A DNA stretch of 64,000 bases. It comes from Gammaproteobacteria bacterium. Its GTDB lineage: Bacteria; Pseudomonadota; Gammaproteobacteria; CBDBNL01; JAAOII01. Below are positions 20,338-32,393 of this stretch, piece after piece. The number at the start of each line of letters is the position of its first letter. The stretch's first letter is position 1. Made by a program: the position numbers and the translations under genes. The notes under the pieces were generated by a model. That model ran no database searches, had not been told where the DNA came from, and was given only the letters and a program-made list of their open reading frames with translations. The stretch spans positions 192,001-256,000 of the forward strand of contig OZ242372.1 of assembly GCA_965209035.1 (NCBI GenBank), in the 5' to 3' direction.

Positions 20338-21134
20338 TGCGAGCAGGCACAAAACCGGCGGTAGCCGCAGTATCCCCAATATCTGCAATGTCCGCAATGT
20401 CCGATGACGCCCCTATTCCGTTGGGTTCCCTTCCCGCTCAGCCGGTATCCGTGCTTTCGGACAAAAAATATTTGGGGGCGGGACACAGAAGTTATGCCTT
20501 GCGTGGCGGGCGACTCACCCAAGGTAAAAAGCGTATCTTGAAAAAAGACAACTCCGACTACATTCTTGAGGCAACACAAAAAATAAACTGGGAGCAAGTG
20601 TTTCGCGGTTCAACCGCCGCCAACCGACGGATTGTAGAAATTGGTTTTGGCAACGGGGCGGATCTCATCAAAGATGCAATTGCACAGTCAAACTACCGAT
20701 TTGTCGGCATAGAAACCTACCCCCCCGGTATAGCGGATCTTTTGTTATCCATCGAACGGTATTCTGTCTCAAACATCCGCCAGGTGCGGGCGGATGCGGC
20801 AAGTTTATTCCCGGGCTTTTTTAACGAGCATTCTCTGGATGCAGTTCGCGTGTTCTTCCCGGATCCCTGGCCCAAGAGACGACATCACAAAAGGCGGCTT
20901 CTAAAAAAAGAATTCTTAACGCGCCTGATCTTATGCCTGAGACCTTCCGGTAAGCTGCACATTCTGACGGACTGGCACGATTATGCGAAAGAGATTGACA
21001 GGGGATTTAAAGAAATCCAAGGCACTCTCCGCAAGCGATGCCTTGACCACGGAGAAGAAATTGTTGGCAAGTACGGGCAAAAGGCTCGGCGCGCAGGCAG
21101 AGAGATTAACGAGTTTTTATTTATCAAACATTAA
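20334..21134 (+). CDS. trmB: tRNA (guanine-N7)-methyltransferase
   Basis: VEIGFGNG, FFPDPWPKRRHHKRRL, TDW..YA. The start is uncertain. Confidence 0.9.
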   Translation: MMRAGTKPAVAAVSPISAMSAMSDDAPIPLGSLPAQPVSVLSDKKYLGAGHRSYALRGGRLTQGKKRILKKDNSDYILEATQKINWEQVFRGSTAANRRIVEIGFGNGADLIKDAIAQSNYRFVGIETYPPGIADLLLSIERYSVSNIRQVRADAASLFPGFFNEHSLDAVRVFFPDPWPKRRHHKRRLLKKEFLTRLILCLRPSGKLHILTDWHDYAKEIDRGFKEIQGTLRKRCLDHGEEIVGKYGQKARRAGREINEFLFIKH

Positions 21135-21207
21135 AAGCAAAAAAACGAAAAATGACCCTTATTCAAAACACTGTCCCCGTTTTAATCACAATATAATAAA
21201 AAACGAT

Positions 21208-22170
21208 ATGCATATGATAGAAACTGTCCGAGAGGGGATTTACTGTGCGGACGCCTTTTACGGCGGGGCAAGGCGCGGTGCCGTGTACATCATTTTTGAC
21301 AAAGGAGAGGCTGCAATTATTGATACGGGGACAGCCCTTTCCGTGCCTTACATTACGGATGCTTTGCAAAAACTAAGCATACAACCGGAACAGGTGCGTT
21401 ATATTCTGCCAACACATGTGCATTTGGACCATGCGGGCGGTGCCGCTCTTTTAAGCCGCAAGTTACCCAACGCACAGGTTATCGTGCATCCGCGCGGATT
21501 AAAGCATTTAATTGAGCCGACAAAATTAATTGAAGGCAGTGCGGCGGTTTATGGACAGGAAGTCATGGAGACCGTCATCGGCAAGGTAGAGCCTTTGGAT
21601 GCGAACAGAGGGGCGGAGGCGACGGACGGGATGCGCCTTTCTTTGGGGGGGCGTAACCTGCATCTGATCTTCTCACCCGGACACGCCAAACATCATTATT
21701 CGGTTTGGGACGAAACGGAAGGATGCTATTTTGCGGGAGATGTTGCCGGCAACAGTTATCGCGAAATGGACAAAGACGGCCGGCACTTGATGTTTCTTTG
21801 CTCCGCCCCCGTTCAATATGATCCGGCGGAATGGCATGCCAGTTTGGACAAGATTCTTGAATTAAATACGAAGTGCTTGTGTCTTTGTCACTATGGTGTT
21901 ATAGAAGGCACGGGGATCCGGCAGGCGATCGCGGATATGCAAAGATTAATTGCGGAGAATAACGCGGCTGTGATGGAGCATTCAACAATTAACCGACAAC
22001 AGACCGAAGATATCGTATGGAAGATGTTTTGGCAAGAATACAATCGCATTGCACCCGCTATGCCTGTCGCCGAGGCAAAAGAATGGATGATTAAAGATGT
22101 CTATATTGCAACAGGCGGCTTGTTCCACTGGCATCGGCAGCAACATCCAACATCCCGCCCCAATCACTAG
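21208..22170 (+). CDS. MBL-fold metallo-hydrolase
   Basis: THVHLDHAGG, SPGHAKHH, FAGD. Start reset to the ATG at 21208 to avoid overlapping trmB. Confidence 0.85.
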   Translation: MHMIETVREGIYCADAFYGGARRGAVYIIFDKGEAAIIDTGTALSVPYITDALQKLSIQPEQVRYILPTHVHLDHAGGAALLSRKLPNAQVIVHPRGLKHLIEPTKLIEGSAAVYGQEVMETVIGKVEPLDANRGAEATDGMRLSLGGRNLHLIFSPGHAKHHYSVWDETEGCYFAGDVAGNSYREMDKDGRHLMFLCSAPVQYDPAEWHASLDKILELNTKCLCLCHYGVIEGTGIRQAIADMQRLIAENNAAVMEHSTINRQQTEDIVWKMFWQEYNRIAPAMPVAEAKEWMIKDVYIATGGLFHWHRQQHPTSRPNH

Positions 22171-22715
22171 TCCGCAAAATTTGCTAACATCCGCAGGACT
22201 CTCAGTTCCTCCGCGGAAAGATCGCCCAACAAAAACGGCAAACACAAAGCGGGCGGTTTCTGCTTAAACAAACGGAATAATGACATTCCACCTTTTACGG
22301 ATGAGATTCCGGGCTCCTTCTCTCTAAGTATGAGTAAAAGTGCGATGTCCAAAAAATTGAAGTGCGTAACAAGTTCCATATCTCGCCAAGGCGCATCAAG
22401 CCCATCAGGCGCATTGGCTCGTCTCAAACGCCAACCGCGCCGCCTTTTATTCCTTCCTCTTTGTTCCGAATCATCGTAAACCAATTTCAGCGGCAAGAGC
22501 GAACCGCGTTCACTGTATACCCTGTCGTTCAAATAGCCGATCACCAAAATCGCAACCCCAAATATTGCTTTTAGTGTCCATGGTATTCCCGCAATAAGAA
22601 CCGGCAAAAAACCGGTGAGGTAAACCAAGGCAAAAACAACCCTTTGGTATGGCATTTTTTTTATGTCAAAAATAAAAAGATGGCCGCCGAGTTCGGACTT
22701 AATTTTGACTTGCAA
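22167..22715 (-). CDS. YgfX-like inner-membrane protein
   Basis: Two N-terminal TM helices, C-terminal DLSAEELRVLR, and position directly after sdhE. Confidence 0.55.
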   Translation of the reverse strand: MQVKIKSELGGHLFIFDIKKMPYQRVVFALVYLTGFLPVLIAGIPWTLKAIFGVAILVIGYLNDRVYSERGSLLPLKLVYDDSEQRGRNKRRRGWRLRRANAPDGLDAPWRDMELVTHFNFLDIALLLILREKEPGISSVKGGMSLFRLFKQKPPALCLPFLLGDLSAEELRVLRMLANFAD

Positions 22716-22754
22716 CGGCGCCTGTTCGAAAATAAGAAAAATAACTCTGAGATC

Positions 22755-23024
22755 TTAATCGGAACCGGCAGCAAGATGATTTCGAGAGGACTGCACGATG
22801 TCATCCGTGATTTCAACAAACGGCGACGGCGGCTTTTTGCCGCGGACCAGCCAATCTGTTAAGCGATTATCGTCCTCTTGTAACAGCAGACGATAATCTC
22901 TGCGAAGACCCGGCGAACGGTCGGAATAGTGATTTTTTAAGTAGTTACTCAACAAAATATCCAACTCCAAAGAACCGCGTCTGGCTTGCCAAGTCAGTCT
23001 GCGAATTTCAGCAGACAAGTTCAA
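22755..23024 (-). CDS. sdhE: FAD assembly factor SdhE
   Basis: RLTWQARRGSLELDILL...LLQEDDNRLTDW. Confidence 0.85.
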   Translation of the reverse strand: MNLSAEIRRLTWQARRGSLELDILLSNYLKNHYSDRSPGLRRDYRLLLQEDDNRLTDWLVRGKKPPSPFVEITDDIVQSSRNHLAAGSD

Positions 23025-23055
23025 AATGTAAAACGCTGATTAGAGGATTAGATGC

Positions 23056-24432
23056 TTACTTGTGCCCGATTTTAAGTGCCAGTTCCGCCGCCAAACCCGT
23101 ATAGTCGGTGGGCTTGAGATCCAGAAGAATTTCTTGATCTTTTGTATCCAGCCCGCTTCCCTTCACCAAACGAACATAATCCGACCGGGACATTTTTTGA
23201 CCGCGCGTCAAGTTCTTAATGCGCGTATAAGCGTTTGGTATGCCGGTGCGGCGCATCAAAGTTTGAACCGCCTCGGTGAGCAGTTCCCAGGAATCCTCCA
23301 ATTCGGCGGCAAGGGCTTCTTTTTGCACCGTCAATCTGCCAAGACCGCGCAAGATCGCTTTGTAACCAATTAAACTATGCGCGAACACAACACCCAGATT
23401 GCGTAAGACCGTAGAATCACTCAAATCTCGCTGCCAACGCGATATCTGCAGTTTGGAGGCACAGTGTCCCGCCAAAGAATTTGCAATGCCGAAGTTCCCT
23501 TCGGCATTTTCAAAATCTATGGGATTCACTTTATGCGGCATAGTGGAAGAACCCACCTCGCCGGCCCGGATCTGCTGCTTAAAATAGCCGAGTGCGGCAT
23601 AACCCCAAACATCGCGGCAAAGGTCCGTAAGGATGTTATTAATGCGAAGTAACTCGTGCAACAATTCGGCAAGCCTATCGTATCCTTCTATCTGTGTCGT
23701 GCAAGCATTGTATTCGCAACCCAAGTCCGTAATAAACGCGCGCATCTCGCTAGGCCAATCAACCGAAGGGTAAGCGATATGCAGTGCGTTGTGGTTACCG
23801 GTTGCTCCGTTAAACTTGGCACTGATTTTGAATCTGTCAAAAGATGCCGTTTGTCTTTCCAATCGGTGTGCAAAAACTGCCATCTCCTTGCCGTATGTTG
23901 TCGGCGAAGCAGCCATGCCGTGCGTTCTTGCCACCATCGCGGTCTCGGCATGCTCAATTGCCGCCCGCTTCAAAACGGACAGAATGTCCAACAAACACTC
24001 GGACAGGATCTTGATTCCCCGCATGGTCATCATCCCCAATGCGGGGTTTGTGATATCTTCGGAGGTGCAACCAAAATGAACATAGTGTTCGTAATCACCG
24101 AGACCCAACACACGCATCTTTTTGATCAGCCATTGCTCCAATGCCTTGACATCGTGTTGCGTTCGACTTTCCAACCGCTTAACCGCTTCGGCGTCCTTGG
24201 GAGTGAACCTTGCCACTGTTTCGCGTAACAGGGCCTGTGTTTCGGTATTAAATGCCTTGACCGGAACCGCTCGGTTGTTCACCAAACGGATCAACCATTC
24301 CACCTCCACATGCAATCGGTAACGAATTAAGCCAAACTCGCCGAACAGAGGGGCGAGAATGTCTGTCATTTTCGCATATCTCCCGTCTATCGGAGATATT
24401 GCGAGCAAAGGTATCTTGATGCGAGAACTCAC
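23056..24432 (-). CDS. purB: Adenylosuccinate lyase
   Basis: AISPIDGRY, HFGCTSEDI, GSSTMPHKVNPIDFENAEGN. GTGA overlap with the hflD stop. Confidence 0.95.
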   Translation of the reverse strand: MSSRIKIPLLAISPIDGRYAKMTDILAPLFGEFGLIRYRLHVEVEWLIRLVNNRAVPVKAFNTETQALLRETVARFTPKDAEAVKRLESRTQHDVKALEQWLIKKMRVLGLGDYEHYVHFGCTSEDITNPALGMMTMRGIKILSECLLDILSVLKRAAIEHAETAMVARTHGMAASPTTYGKEMAVFAHRLERQTASFDRFKISAKFNGATGNHNALHIAYPSVDWPSEMRAFITDLGCEYNACTTQIEGYDRLAELLHELLRINNILTDLCRDVWGYAALGYFKQQIRAGEVGSSTMPHKVNPIDFENAEGNFGIANSLAGHCASKLQISRWQRDLSDSTVLRNLGVVFAHSLIGYKAILRGLGRLTVQKEALAAELEDSWELLTEAVQTLMRRTGIPNAYTRIKNLTRGQKMSRSDYVRLVKGSGLDTKDQEILLDLKPTDYTGLAAELALKIGHK

Positions 24433-25070
24433 AGCTCCGTGTTTTTGATATCGGCCAACTGCCGCAAAAGTTTGCCGCTGCCAATAAAAGTATGGGGCCA
24501 TCTTCCGCCCAGATGCCTCCAAAAAACGGCGGCACGAATCCCGGCAAACAGGGCGGCGCGTATACGCGCCACATTATCCGTAGGCGTCAAAAACTCTTTC
24601 TTACCGTTCACACGAATTCTGTTCTTCGCCGGCAGAGAACTGAAGTTTTGACAGTAAATCCGGGCAATGCGACGAACCAGTTCAATAGAAATCTTGTTAA
24701 CCTTCCCGTGTTTTTCGCTCAGTTCATCGATAGCCAGTGCCACAGTGCCTACCTTCCCCGCATCCTGCATCATAATATCCGCCAAAAGAATTAATTGACG
24801 GGTATAGCTAAGGATATGAATAAAATCAGCGGTTTTGGTATTGCGAGAAGTCAGAAAGTTTTCCAAACATTCCAGACCGGGTTTTAGGTTTGCCGTCTTT
24901 CCGTAAAGACCGGTGATCCCCTCATCCGTTCCGCTTAAAAGAGAGCCAATGGAAGCATCAAAGTAACTTTTTTGCGTTTTTCCTCGAGTTGCAATGTCTG
25001 AGACAAGAGATGCCCCTTGGAAAATACCGGCAAGTGCCAATGCTTTGTCGCGCATTTGTTTGTCCGGCAT
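24429..25070 (-). CDS. hflD: High frequency lysogenization protein HflD
   Basis: ALALAGIFQ, RIRVNG, RIRAALFAGIRAAVFWRHLGG; lies upstream of purB. Confidence 0.88.
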   Translation of the reverse strand: MPDKQMRDKALALAGIFQGASLVSDIATRGKTQKSYFDASIGSLLSGTDEGITGLYGKTANLKPGLECLENFLTSRNTKTADFIHILSYTRQLILLADIMMQDAGKVGTVALAIDELSEKHGKVNKISIELVRRIARIYCQNFSSLPAKNRIRVNGKKEFLTPTDNVARIRAALFAGIRAAVFWRHLGGRWPHTFIGSGKLLRQLADIKNTEL

Positions 25071-25113
25071 TAAAAAAACAAAAGCAAAAACGAATCGCCC
25101 CGCCTCTTCGCTC

Positions 25114-27591
25114 TTAATGAGCGGAAAGCGGTTTTGAAATAAGATCTTCTTTCTTGAGCGTCGGCATATAAGCAAACTTCTTAAGATCAATGCTCGCAGG
25201 TAACTTGGCGAATGCAAGTTCCATTGCCTCGTCAATGGTCTTAATCGGTTTGACGGCTAGTTTGCTAAGAATCTTATCGTCAATTTCTTTTAATTCTCCC
25301 AGATTTTCATAAGGGATGAGCACCTTGCCGATATGGCTGCGTTTGGCGGCCAGTAACTTTTCTTTCAACCCGCCTATTTTCAAGACCTCGCCGCGCAAAG
25401 TAATTTCACCCGTCATCGCGACATCCGCGCGCAATGGCTCGGATACCAGACAAGAAATCAACGCCAAGGAAATGGCAAGGCCCGCACTGGGGCCGTCTTT
25501 CGGTGTTGCCCCTTCCGGTACATGAATATGAAAGTCGTATTTGCGATTAAATTCACCGTCTATTCCGAGTGCCCGGCTGCGACTGCGCACCACGCTGATC
25601 GCCGCTTGAATTGATTCCTGCATGACTTTACCGAGATGCCCTGTCTTAATGATCTGGCCGGATCCGGGCATCACAGCCGCTTCTATGTTCAAAATCTCCC
25701 CGCCCACACTTGTCCAAGCCAGACCGGCCGCTTGTCCTATCTGCCGCCTGGCGGGCAGTTTGGTGTATGCGTACTTTTCCGTCCCCAGATAAGAATCCGT
25801 ATCTTCCGCCGTAATGAGAATCTTTTCTTCGGTCTCTTCTTTGCTGAGCTTCAAAACCACCTTGCGCATAATCTTGGATATCTGCCGCTCCATTTCCCGC
25901 ACCCCCGCTTCGCGCGTATAGGAGGCAACGATTTTTGCCAAAGCCGGACGAGCAAAACGCACCTGTTTCTTTGGCAAGCCGCACAGTTCCAGTTGCTTGG
26001 GAATTAAATGCTTTTGCGCGATGGAAATCTTTTCTATATCCGTATATCCGGGCAAACGAATAATTTCTACCCTGTCCAAAAGTGCCGGCGGAATATCCAA
26101 CGAGTTGGCAGTGCATACAAACAGGACATCCGACAAATCGTAATCCACTTCCAAGTAGTGATCGCTAAATGCCGAATTTTGCTCCGGATCCAATGCCTCC
26201 AGAAGAGCCGCGGCCGGATCGCCGCGAAAATCCATTCCCATTTTATCCACTTCGTCCAAAAGGAACAAGGGGTTGTTAACTTTGACTTTCGCCAATTTTT
26301 GAATGATTTTACCGGGCATGGAGCCGATATAGGTGCGGCGATGACCGCGAATCTCCGCCTCGTCGTGCACCCCTCCCAGCGAAAAACGAACCAGTTTGCG
26401 CCCCGTGGCTGCGGCCATGGCTTGCCCCAAAGAGGTCTTGCCCACTCCCGGCGGTCCCACCAGCAGAATCAACGGTGCCCTGTTTTTTTGCGCGCGTTTA
26501 TATACCGCCAGATATTCCATAATCCGCTCCTTAACTTCTTTAAGACCGTAATGGTGTCTGTTAAGTATTTTTTCCGCACGCAAAATGTTGAGCGGGGATT
26601 TGGTTTTGACATCCCATGGCAGGTCCAATAACCACTCCAAGTAACTGCGCACCACCGTGGCTTCGGCGGACATGGGCGACATAACCTTAAGTTTGCGCAT
26701 TTCGTTATCCGCTTTTGCACGGGCATCCGGTGACATCTTGCTTTTTTTCAACCGAGTCTCCAATTCTTCCAATTCACTTTTCTCGTCGCCGCCGCCGAGT
26801 TCGCGACGAATTGCTTTCACCTGTTCATTAAGATAGTATTCCCTTTGATTTTTGTCAATCTGCTCGCGCACCTTACGGTGAATTTTCTTATCCATGTTTG
26901 CTATTTCTACCTCCGATTTAATGTAGTTCATCAAAACATTAAAGCGTTCTTCCAAATCCGGCGATGTCAGAATTTTTTGTTTGTCTTCCGTGCTCAGCTG
27001 GCAAAAAGAGGCTACCGCGTCTATACATCTTTCCAAACTTTCCAGACCGCGCAGTATGTTGTTGATCTCGCGTCCTTTTTCACACTCCGACAGGTCGATG
27101 TCGGCATCGTCGCGCCGCCTGTTGTTGATCTCGTGTCCTTTTTCACGCACATCAAACATCTTCTTCACTTCTTTAAAAAGACGCTGACGCATGCCCGCCG
27201 CAAGATGGGGAGACATCTTTTTGGTTGGTAAGATTTCGTAATCACACATATAACCCGAGGATGTTTCCCGCATTGCATTAATGTGCACTCTGCGTTCTCC
27301 TTCCACCAAAATCTTGATTGTGTCGTCCGGCAATCGTTTCGCCGAAACAATCATCGCCAAGGTGCCGACAGGGTAAATGTCTTCAAAAGTTGGATTCTCT
27401 GTTTCACCGTCCTTTTGCGAGGTCAAAATAACACGGTTTCCCTGATCGTGCGCGTAAACCAACGAAAGCAAGGATGACCGTCTGCCGATATAAAGTTGTG
27501 TTGCCAAAGAAGGATATATCACCGCTCCCCGCAAAGGGATCAAAGAAAGTTTCTTCGGGTCGTTTTGTTTTGTTTTATTTTCCGGTTCCAT
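25114..27591 (-). CDS. lon: ATP-dependent Lon protease
   Basis: [35 protein letters not shown]. Confidence 0.97.
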   Translation of the reverse strand: MEPENKTKQNDPKKLSLIPLRGAVIYPSLATQLYIGRRSSLLSLVYAHDQGNRVILTSQKDGETENPTFEDIYPVGTLAMIVSAKRLPDDTIKILVEGERRVHINAMRETSSGYMCDYEILPTKKMSPHLAAGMRQRLFKEVKKMFDVREKGHEINNRRRDDADIDLSECEKGREINNILRGLESLERCIDAVASFCQLSTEDKQKILTSPDLEERFNVLMNYIKSEVEIANMDKKIHRKVREQIDKNQREYYLNEQVKAIRRELGGGDEKSELEELETRLKKSKMSPDARAKADNEMRKLKVMSPMSAEATVVRSYLEWLLDLPWDVKTKSPLNILRAEKILNRHHYGLKEVKERIMEYLAVYKRAQKNRAPLILLVGPPGVGKTSLGQAMAAATGRKLVRFSLGGVHDEAEIRGHRRTYIGSMPGKIIQKLAKVKVNNPLFLLDEVDKMGMDFRGDPAAALLEALDPEQNSAFSDHYLEVDYDLSDVLFVCTANSLDIPPALLDRVEIIRLPGYTDIEKISIAQKHLIPKQLELCGLPKKQVRFARPALAKIVASYTREAGVREMERQISKIMRKVVLKLSKEETEEKILITAEDTDSYLGTEKYAYTKLPARRQIGQAAGLAWTSVGGEILNIEAAVMPGSGQIIKTGHLGKVMQESIQAAISVVRSRSRALGIDGEFNRKYDFHIHVPEGATPKDGPSAGLAISLALISCLVSEPLRADVAMTGEITLRGEVLKIGGLKEKLLAAKRSHIGKVLIPYENLGELKEIDDKILSKLAVKPIKTIDEAMELAFAKLPASIDLKKFAYMPTLKKEDLISKPLSAH

Positions 27592-28903
27592 TTGATTTTT
27601 TTCTTTTTAATTCCGTCATTCTGTTTGCGGCCTGCGTTCTGACCACGACCGGTTCCTTCCCTTGCTCCACCATTTCTCGCGTCACAATAATTTTACTCAC
27701 CTTATCCGAAGCGGACGGGACATTAAACATCGTATCCAACATCGCCATGTCCAACACAGAACGCAGCCCTCTTGCCCCTGTTTTCCGTTGTTGCGCCTTC
27801 TCGGCAATCGCCAAAAGAGCGTCTTCGCGAAACTCAAGTTCCACATCATCCAGGGCAAAAAGTTTTCGGTATTGTTTCACCAAGGCGTTCTTGGGACGCA
27901 CCAAAATGTTAATCAACGCCTCGCGATTTAACTCTTCCAATGCCACAGTTAACGGCATTCGGCCGACAAATTCCGGAATCAAACCGTAGCGAATCAGATC
28001 TTCCGGCTCCACCTGTTCCAATAATTTGTATTGTTCGTTTCCTTCCGCACCTTCCCGGCCGCTCACCTGGGCGGCAAACCCCATACCGCTTTTTTCCGTC
28101 CGTTGCTCAATAATTTTTGTCAAGCCCTCAAACGCACCGCCACAAATAAACAGAATCTGACTTGTATCCACATGCAAAAATTCTTGATTCGGATGCTTGC
28201 GCCCTCCTTGTGGCGGAATCGCCGCAAGAGTTCCTTCTATTAACTTCAACAATGCCTGCTGCACACCTTCGCCGGACACATCGCGCGTAATGGAAACATT
28301 CTCCGACTTACGGGCTACCTTGTCTATTTCGTCTATGTAAATGATTCCGTGTTTTGCTTTGGAAACATCGTAATTGCATTTCAACAACAATCGCTGAATG
28401 ATGTTTTCCACATCTTCGCCCACATAACCCGCTTCGGTAAGAGTGGTCGCATCCGCAATCGCAAAGGGTATATCCAAAATATTTGCCAGGGTCTCGGCAA
28501 GAAGTGTTTTTCCGCTGCCGGTCGGACCGAGCAACAGAACATTGCTCTTTCCCAATTCAACATCTCGGTCCAATTCCGAAGCATCGTAGCCGGAGTAAAT
28601 CTTTTTATAGTGACTGTAAACTGCCACGGACAAAATACGCTTGGCTTTTTCTTGCCCGATAACATGTTCATCCAACAGGGCTTTAATTTCCGCCGGCTTG
28701 GGCAGTTTTTGCATGCGGGTAACGGCTTGTTTCTCGCGTCTCGCATTCAGAGCCCCGACGGCGGACTGAAGGCAGTCTTCACAAATGTTACTGTCGTTAC
28801 CGCTCACAATGATCGCCTGTCCCGACGCCTTCCGGCAAAAAGAACACCTTTTGATTTCGGGTTCTTTAATAGTTTTATTACCGCCTTGCTTTTTGCTTGC
28901 CAT
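27575..28903 (-). CDS. clpX: Clp protease ATP-binding subunit ClpX
   Basis: CSFC zinc finger, [34 protein letters not shown]. Confidence 0.97.
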   Translation of the reverse strand: MASKKQGGNKTIKEPEIKRCSFCRKASGQAIIVSGNDSNICEDCLQSAVGALNARREKQAVTRMQKLPKPAEIKALLDEHVIGQEKAKRILSVAVYSHYKKIYSGYDASELDRDVELGKSNVLLLGPTGSGKTLLAETLANILDIPFAIADATTLTEAGYVGEDVENIIQRLLLKCNYDVSKAKHGIIYIDEIDKVARKSENVSITRDVSGEGVQQALLKLIEGTLAAIPPQGGRKHPNQEFLHVDTSQILFICGGAFEGLTKIIEQRTEKSGMGFAAQVSGREGAEGNEQYKLLEQVEPEDLIRYGLIPEFVGRMPLTVALEELNREALINILVRPKNALVKQYRKLFALDDVELEFREDALLAIAEKAQQRKTGARGLRSVLDMAMLDTMFNVPSASDKVSKIIVTREMVEQGKEPVVVRTQAANRMTELKRKKSNGTGK

Positions 28904-28970
28904 AACTACAATTTATAAACATATTATACTTTTTCAACAAAAATCTCATTCTCCAACGCAATATAAAAAT

Positions 28971-29660
28971 TTAATCCTTATTGCTGTCCGGAGCCATTTG
29001 TCGTTTTGTCAAAATCTTATCTACCAGATGGTATTTTTGAGCATCTTCGGCATCCATAAAGTGATCGCGCTCGGTATCTTTGGCAACAACAGCGGGGCGT
29101 TTGCCCGTATGAAGCGCCAAAATCTTATTCAGCCTTTCCTTAATTCGCTGAATTTCACGCGCATGGATTTCCACATCCGTGGCCGGACCGTGAAATCCTC
29201 CCAAAGGCTGATGAATCATCACCCTGGAATTGGGTAAACAGAACCTCTTGCCCGCAGCCCCGCTTGCCAAAAGAAGAGCACCCATGCTTGCCGCCTGACC
29301 GACACAAAGGGTACTGACATCCGGGTTAATGAACTGCATCGTATCGTAAACCGACATGCCCGCGGTGACGGAACCTCCCGGCGAGTTAATGTACAAATGA
29401 ATGTCTTTGTTCGGGTTCTCCGCCTCCAAAAACAACAACTGGGCAATAATCAGGTTTGCCAAATGATCTTCCAGGGGACCCACAAGAAAGACAATTCTGT
29501 CCTTAAGAAGACGGGAATAGATGTCATACGCGCGTTCTCCCCGCGCCAGATGCTCAATGACTATCGGCACCAACGCGGCTTCGGCCGGATGCTCGCTTTG
29601 GCTCCGATTCCCGGCAAGGTATGCGGAAGATTTCATTTTGGGATTAAGACAATTCGGCAT
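28971..29660 (-). CDS. clpP: Clp protease proteolytic subunit
   Basis: [37 protein letters not shown]. Confidence 0.97.
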   Translation of the reverse strand: MPNCLNPKMKSSAYLAGNRSQSEHPAEAALVPIVIEHLARGERAYDIYSRLLKDRIVFLVGPLEDHLANLIIAQLLFLEAENPNKDIHLYINSPGGSVTAGMSVYDTMQFINPDVSTLCVGQAASMGALLLASGAAGKRFCLPNSRVMIHQPLGGFHGPATDVEIHAREIQRIKERLNKILALHTGKRPAVVAKDTERDHFMDAEDAQKYHLVDKILTKRQMAPDSNKD

Positions 29661-31002
29661 TTAAGCGCATCAACTCCGGATACGACACTTCCTTTTCCAC
29701 AACCTTGACAGTATCCTTATATTTTATAATCGCCATATTTTCCAAAAGAATCGCTTCCACTTGCCGATACAGTTCCGGATTGTCCGTGTATTCCTTTTCC
29801 GCCTTGGCGGGATCCTCATGAGATTGCGCCAGGACTCCGATGTACTTTTTCACTTCTTCGGCCGCCGGTTCAATGGAATGGCGATGGGCAAATTCGGCAA
29901 GCAGCATTCCGCCCTTAAGTTGGCGTTCGGTTCTCTCTTCAAACAGTTTCATCGGGAACTCGTTTTCGCTCGGCGGGGTTTTGGCACCGGTTGTCTCCAT
30001 CCAATAATCCATACTCCGCTTTCGCATACGCTCGGCTTCGCGCTTTAATCGCAACGGCGGCACCTTAAAATCTTTGTGTGCCTCAATCAGACTATCGTAA
30101 ACCTTGTGTTTTTGAATACGAGTCAAAGTTTGAACCATTTTCATTTCCATGCTCCCTCGCATCAATTGACGGAAGTCCGCTTCTTTGCCGGTCTCCACAC
30201 CCAGGATCTTATAAAATTCTTCGTTGAGTTCCGGTAACACGCGCTTCTGCAACTTCTTCAATGTAACATTAAAAATAGCCGGAACTTCCTTGAGCTCCTT
30301 TCCTTTAATGTCTTGAGGGTCTTGCGGATCTGCCGGAATCCGTATATTATCTCGGATCTCCCTGCTATCGCCGATGATCATGCCGCTAATTCCCGCCACA
30401 AATGCCGCACTCGGATAATCCTTGTCCATTTCTACTTTTATCTCGGATGGGCGGGCATCAGTTTGCGGGTGACCTATCACTTGCAGTTTGCAATCAAGAA
30501 CCGCCACATGTCCCTTGCCCGCGGGTGCCCCCACAATTAAAATATCCTCATAGGTAGCTGACCGTTGCCGCAAGGATTCTATCATAGTATTTAGATCATC
30601 TTCGGTAATCTTCGACTTCACCAGTTGCAATTCTATCGCATCCGTTATATTCAATTGAGTTTCCGCAAAAACCTCGTATTCCGTCTCAAAAATAAAATCC
30701 TTGCCACTTTCCAACTGCACGGATTTCATAGAATGCACCTCGGAAAGTTTTATTTTCCGCTCTCCCGTCAATTTAAGAAATGCCGATTGCATCAATTCCT
30801 CGCCCGCTAAATTCAATAATCGCGTCCCGTATTTTTGGCGAATGATGCCCGGCGGTATCTTGCCGGGGCGAAACCCGTCTATCTTGACGGTCCTTGCCAA
30901 TTTAAGCGTCTCGGTTTCCAAGGCATCGCTAAGTTTTTCCGCCGGCAAGGTGATGCGCACCTTGTGCAAGGATCCGTCTTCATTCAAATGTTGTATTTGC
31001 AT
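29644..31002 (-). CDS. tig: Trigger factor
   Basis: [10 protein letters not shown] ribosome-binding motif; tig-clpP-clpX-lon order. Confidence 0.92.
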   Translation of the reverse strand: MQIQHLNEDGSLHKVRITLPAEKLSDALETETLKLARTVKIDGFRPGKIPPGIIRQKYGTRLLNLAGEELMQSAFLKLTGERKIKLSEVHSMKSVQLESGKDFIFETEYEVFAETQLNITDAIELQLVKSKITEDDLNTMIESLRQRSATYEDILIVGAPAGKGHVAVLDCKLQVIGHPQTDARPSEIKVEMDKDYPSAAFVAGISGMIIGDSREIRDNIRIPADPQDPQDIKGKELKEVPAIFNVTLKKLQKRVLPELNEEFYKILGVETGKEADFRQLMRGSMEMKMVQTLTRIQKHKVYDSLIEAHKDFKVPPLRLKREAERMRKRSMDYWMETTGAKTPPSENEFPMKLFEERTERQLKGGMLLAEFAHRHSIEPAAEEVKKYIGVLAQSHEDPAKAEKEYTDNPELYRQVEAILLENMAIIKYKDTVKVVEKEVSYPELMRLNAELS

Positions 31003-31101
31003 ATGCCTCTGTCAGAAATAAGCTATAAAAAAGAAAAGTCTATAAAAAGAAAAATAATGTTATCCGTTCGGCATTAAAGAAAGAAAGCAAGCAAGCAAAA
31101 T

Positions 31102-31186
31102 TGGTGCGAAAGGAGAGACTCGAACTCTCACATCTTTCGATACAGGATCCTAAATCCTGCGCGTCTACCAATTCCGCCACTTTCGC
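31102..31186 (-). tRNA. tRNA-Leu(TAG)
   Basis: GCGAAAGTGGCGGAATTGGTAGACGCGCAGGATTTAGGATCCTG...GTTCGAGTC...TTTCGCACCA; long variable arm and encoded CCA. Confidence 0.95.
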
Positions 31187-31249
31187 TTCAAACTGCCCGC
31201 CTGTTGTGTTTATTATAACAAATGGCAATGAGGGGATGAGGAGAGCAAC

Positions 31250-31963
31250 TTAAGAATTGGGGTCCCGGTCTGCAAACTTTTTCCAGGCGGTGTTCAACTT
31301 GGCGGAATTAAAGCCCGGGGTGAGTGCCGCATCTATCACGATCCTCTCCGATAGGACAACTTCGCGAATGCCTTCAAGAATATTTGGCAGCAGGATCTTC
31401 TCTATAACAACCGCGCCGTGTCTGTCCGCATGAACAACATCGCCGCTCCGGACACGCATCCCCATGATATCCGTCTCGCCGCCCACTTCTTTGACATGCA
31501 CATGCGCGTGCGACACGCCGACATTGGAGCCGATCAAGGGAAAGCCGGGGGCCATAGTATCGAGATCTCGTATCAGACCGCTGGTCAGCACACCGCGCAA
31601 CCCCAATCCTTTGTGAACCGCCACATTAACCTCACCAAAAAAACAAGCAATCGCGCTGGGCCAATCGGTATCCTCTATGACAACGACCGACGGGGACGGC
31701 TCCTCCGTCAGATAATTATGATATCTTTCGCGTATCTTCCAAGCCTCCCGGTTGGAAAGTTTGGGCGGTTCGCGACCGGCAATTTTTGCCGTCTTGGCAA
31801 AACCGACCATGGGCGGCAACCGAGGATCCGCACAATAAACGGGGTGCTCGGTGAAGCCGTCACCTTGGCGCCCGCCTTTTACAATCTCAATCGCATTACA
31901 AACAGTGGGAGTATCGTATTTTTGTAAGGCCTCAAACAAGGCGGTGGCTTCCGAAATATTCAT
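31250..31963 (-). CDS. RraA/HMG-aldolase family protein
   Basis: DTPTVCNAIE, FFGEVN, GLIRD, GDVVHADRHGAV. Confidence 0.8.
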   Translation of the reverse strand: MNISEATALFEALQKYDTPTVCNAIEIVKGGRQGDGFTEHPVYCADPRLPPMVGFAKTAKIAGREPPKLSNREAWKIRERYHNYLTEEPSPSVVVIEDTDWPSAIACFFGEVNVAVHKGLGLRGVLTSGLIRDLDTMAPGFPLIGSNVGVSHAHVHVKEVGGETDIMGMRVRSGDVVHADRHGAVVIEKILLPNILEGIREVVLSERIVIDAALTPGFNSAKLNTAWKKFADRDPNS

Positions 31964-32074
31964 TTCGTTACTATTTTACAACAGGATACTTTGATCGACA
32001 ATAACAGACGCAAATAGGATCTATGATATCCAAAATTCTAAAATTCCAAAATTAAGGATGTCCGCAGAGTATCA

Positions 32075-32326
32075 CTAAGATGTCTTTTTTTTATCCAAAA
32101 TAAGCAATACCTGTGTTCGCACCTCGGTCGACTTGCTGGCAACCGAACTTTGTTTTTCTGTTTCTTCGCGGTGGGCTGTGTAATCACAGGAAACGCATGC
32201 CATCTTATCGTCTGTCTTATCCGTGAGATACAGACTGTCATTTTCACCGCAAGAAGGACAGACAGCGGCTGCGATGAAGCGACGCACCCGCCCCGTGCTC
32301 GCCTTGGATCTACTTGAAATTGACAT
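32075..32326 (-). CDS. YheV-family zinc-ribbon protein
   Basis: RRFIAAAVCPSC...CVSCDY. Confidence 0.75.
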   Translation of the reverse strand: MSISSRSKASTGRVRRFIAAAVCPSCGENDSLYLTDKTDDKMACVSCDYTAHREETEKQSSVASKSTEVRTQVLLILDKKKTS

Positions 32327-32393
32327 TAAAAAAATAAAAAGTGCAAAGGCTGTCCGCCATCAAAGAAAATTTTATCACCGGGCGGGTTTCGGT

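Noticed and set aside
31020-31250. Prophage or island integrated at tRNA-Leu
   Set aside because: No integrase and no duplicated tRNA 3' end; tRNA-Leu before tig is a conserved arrangement.
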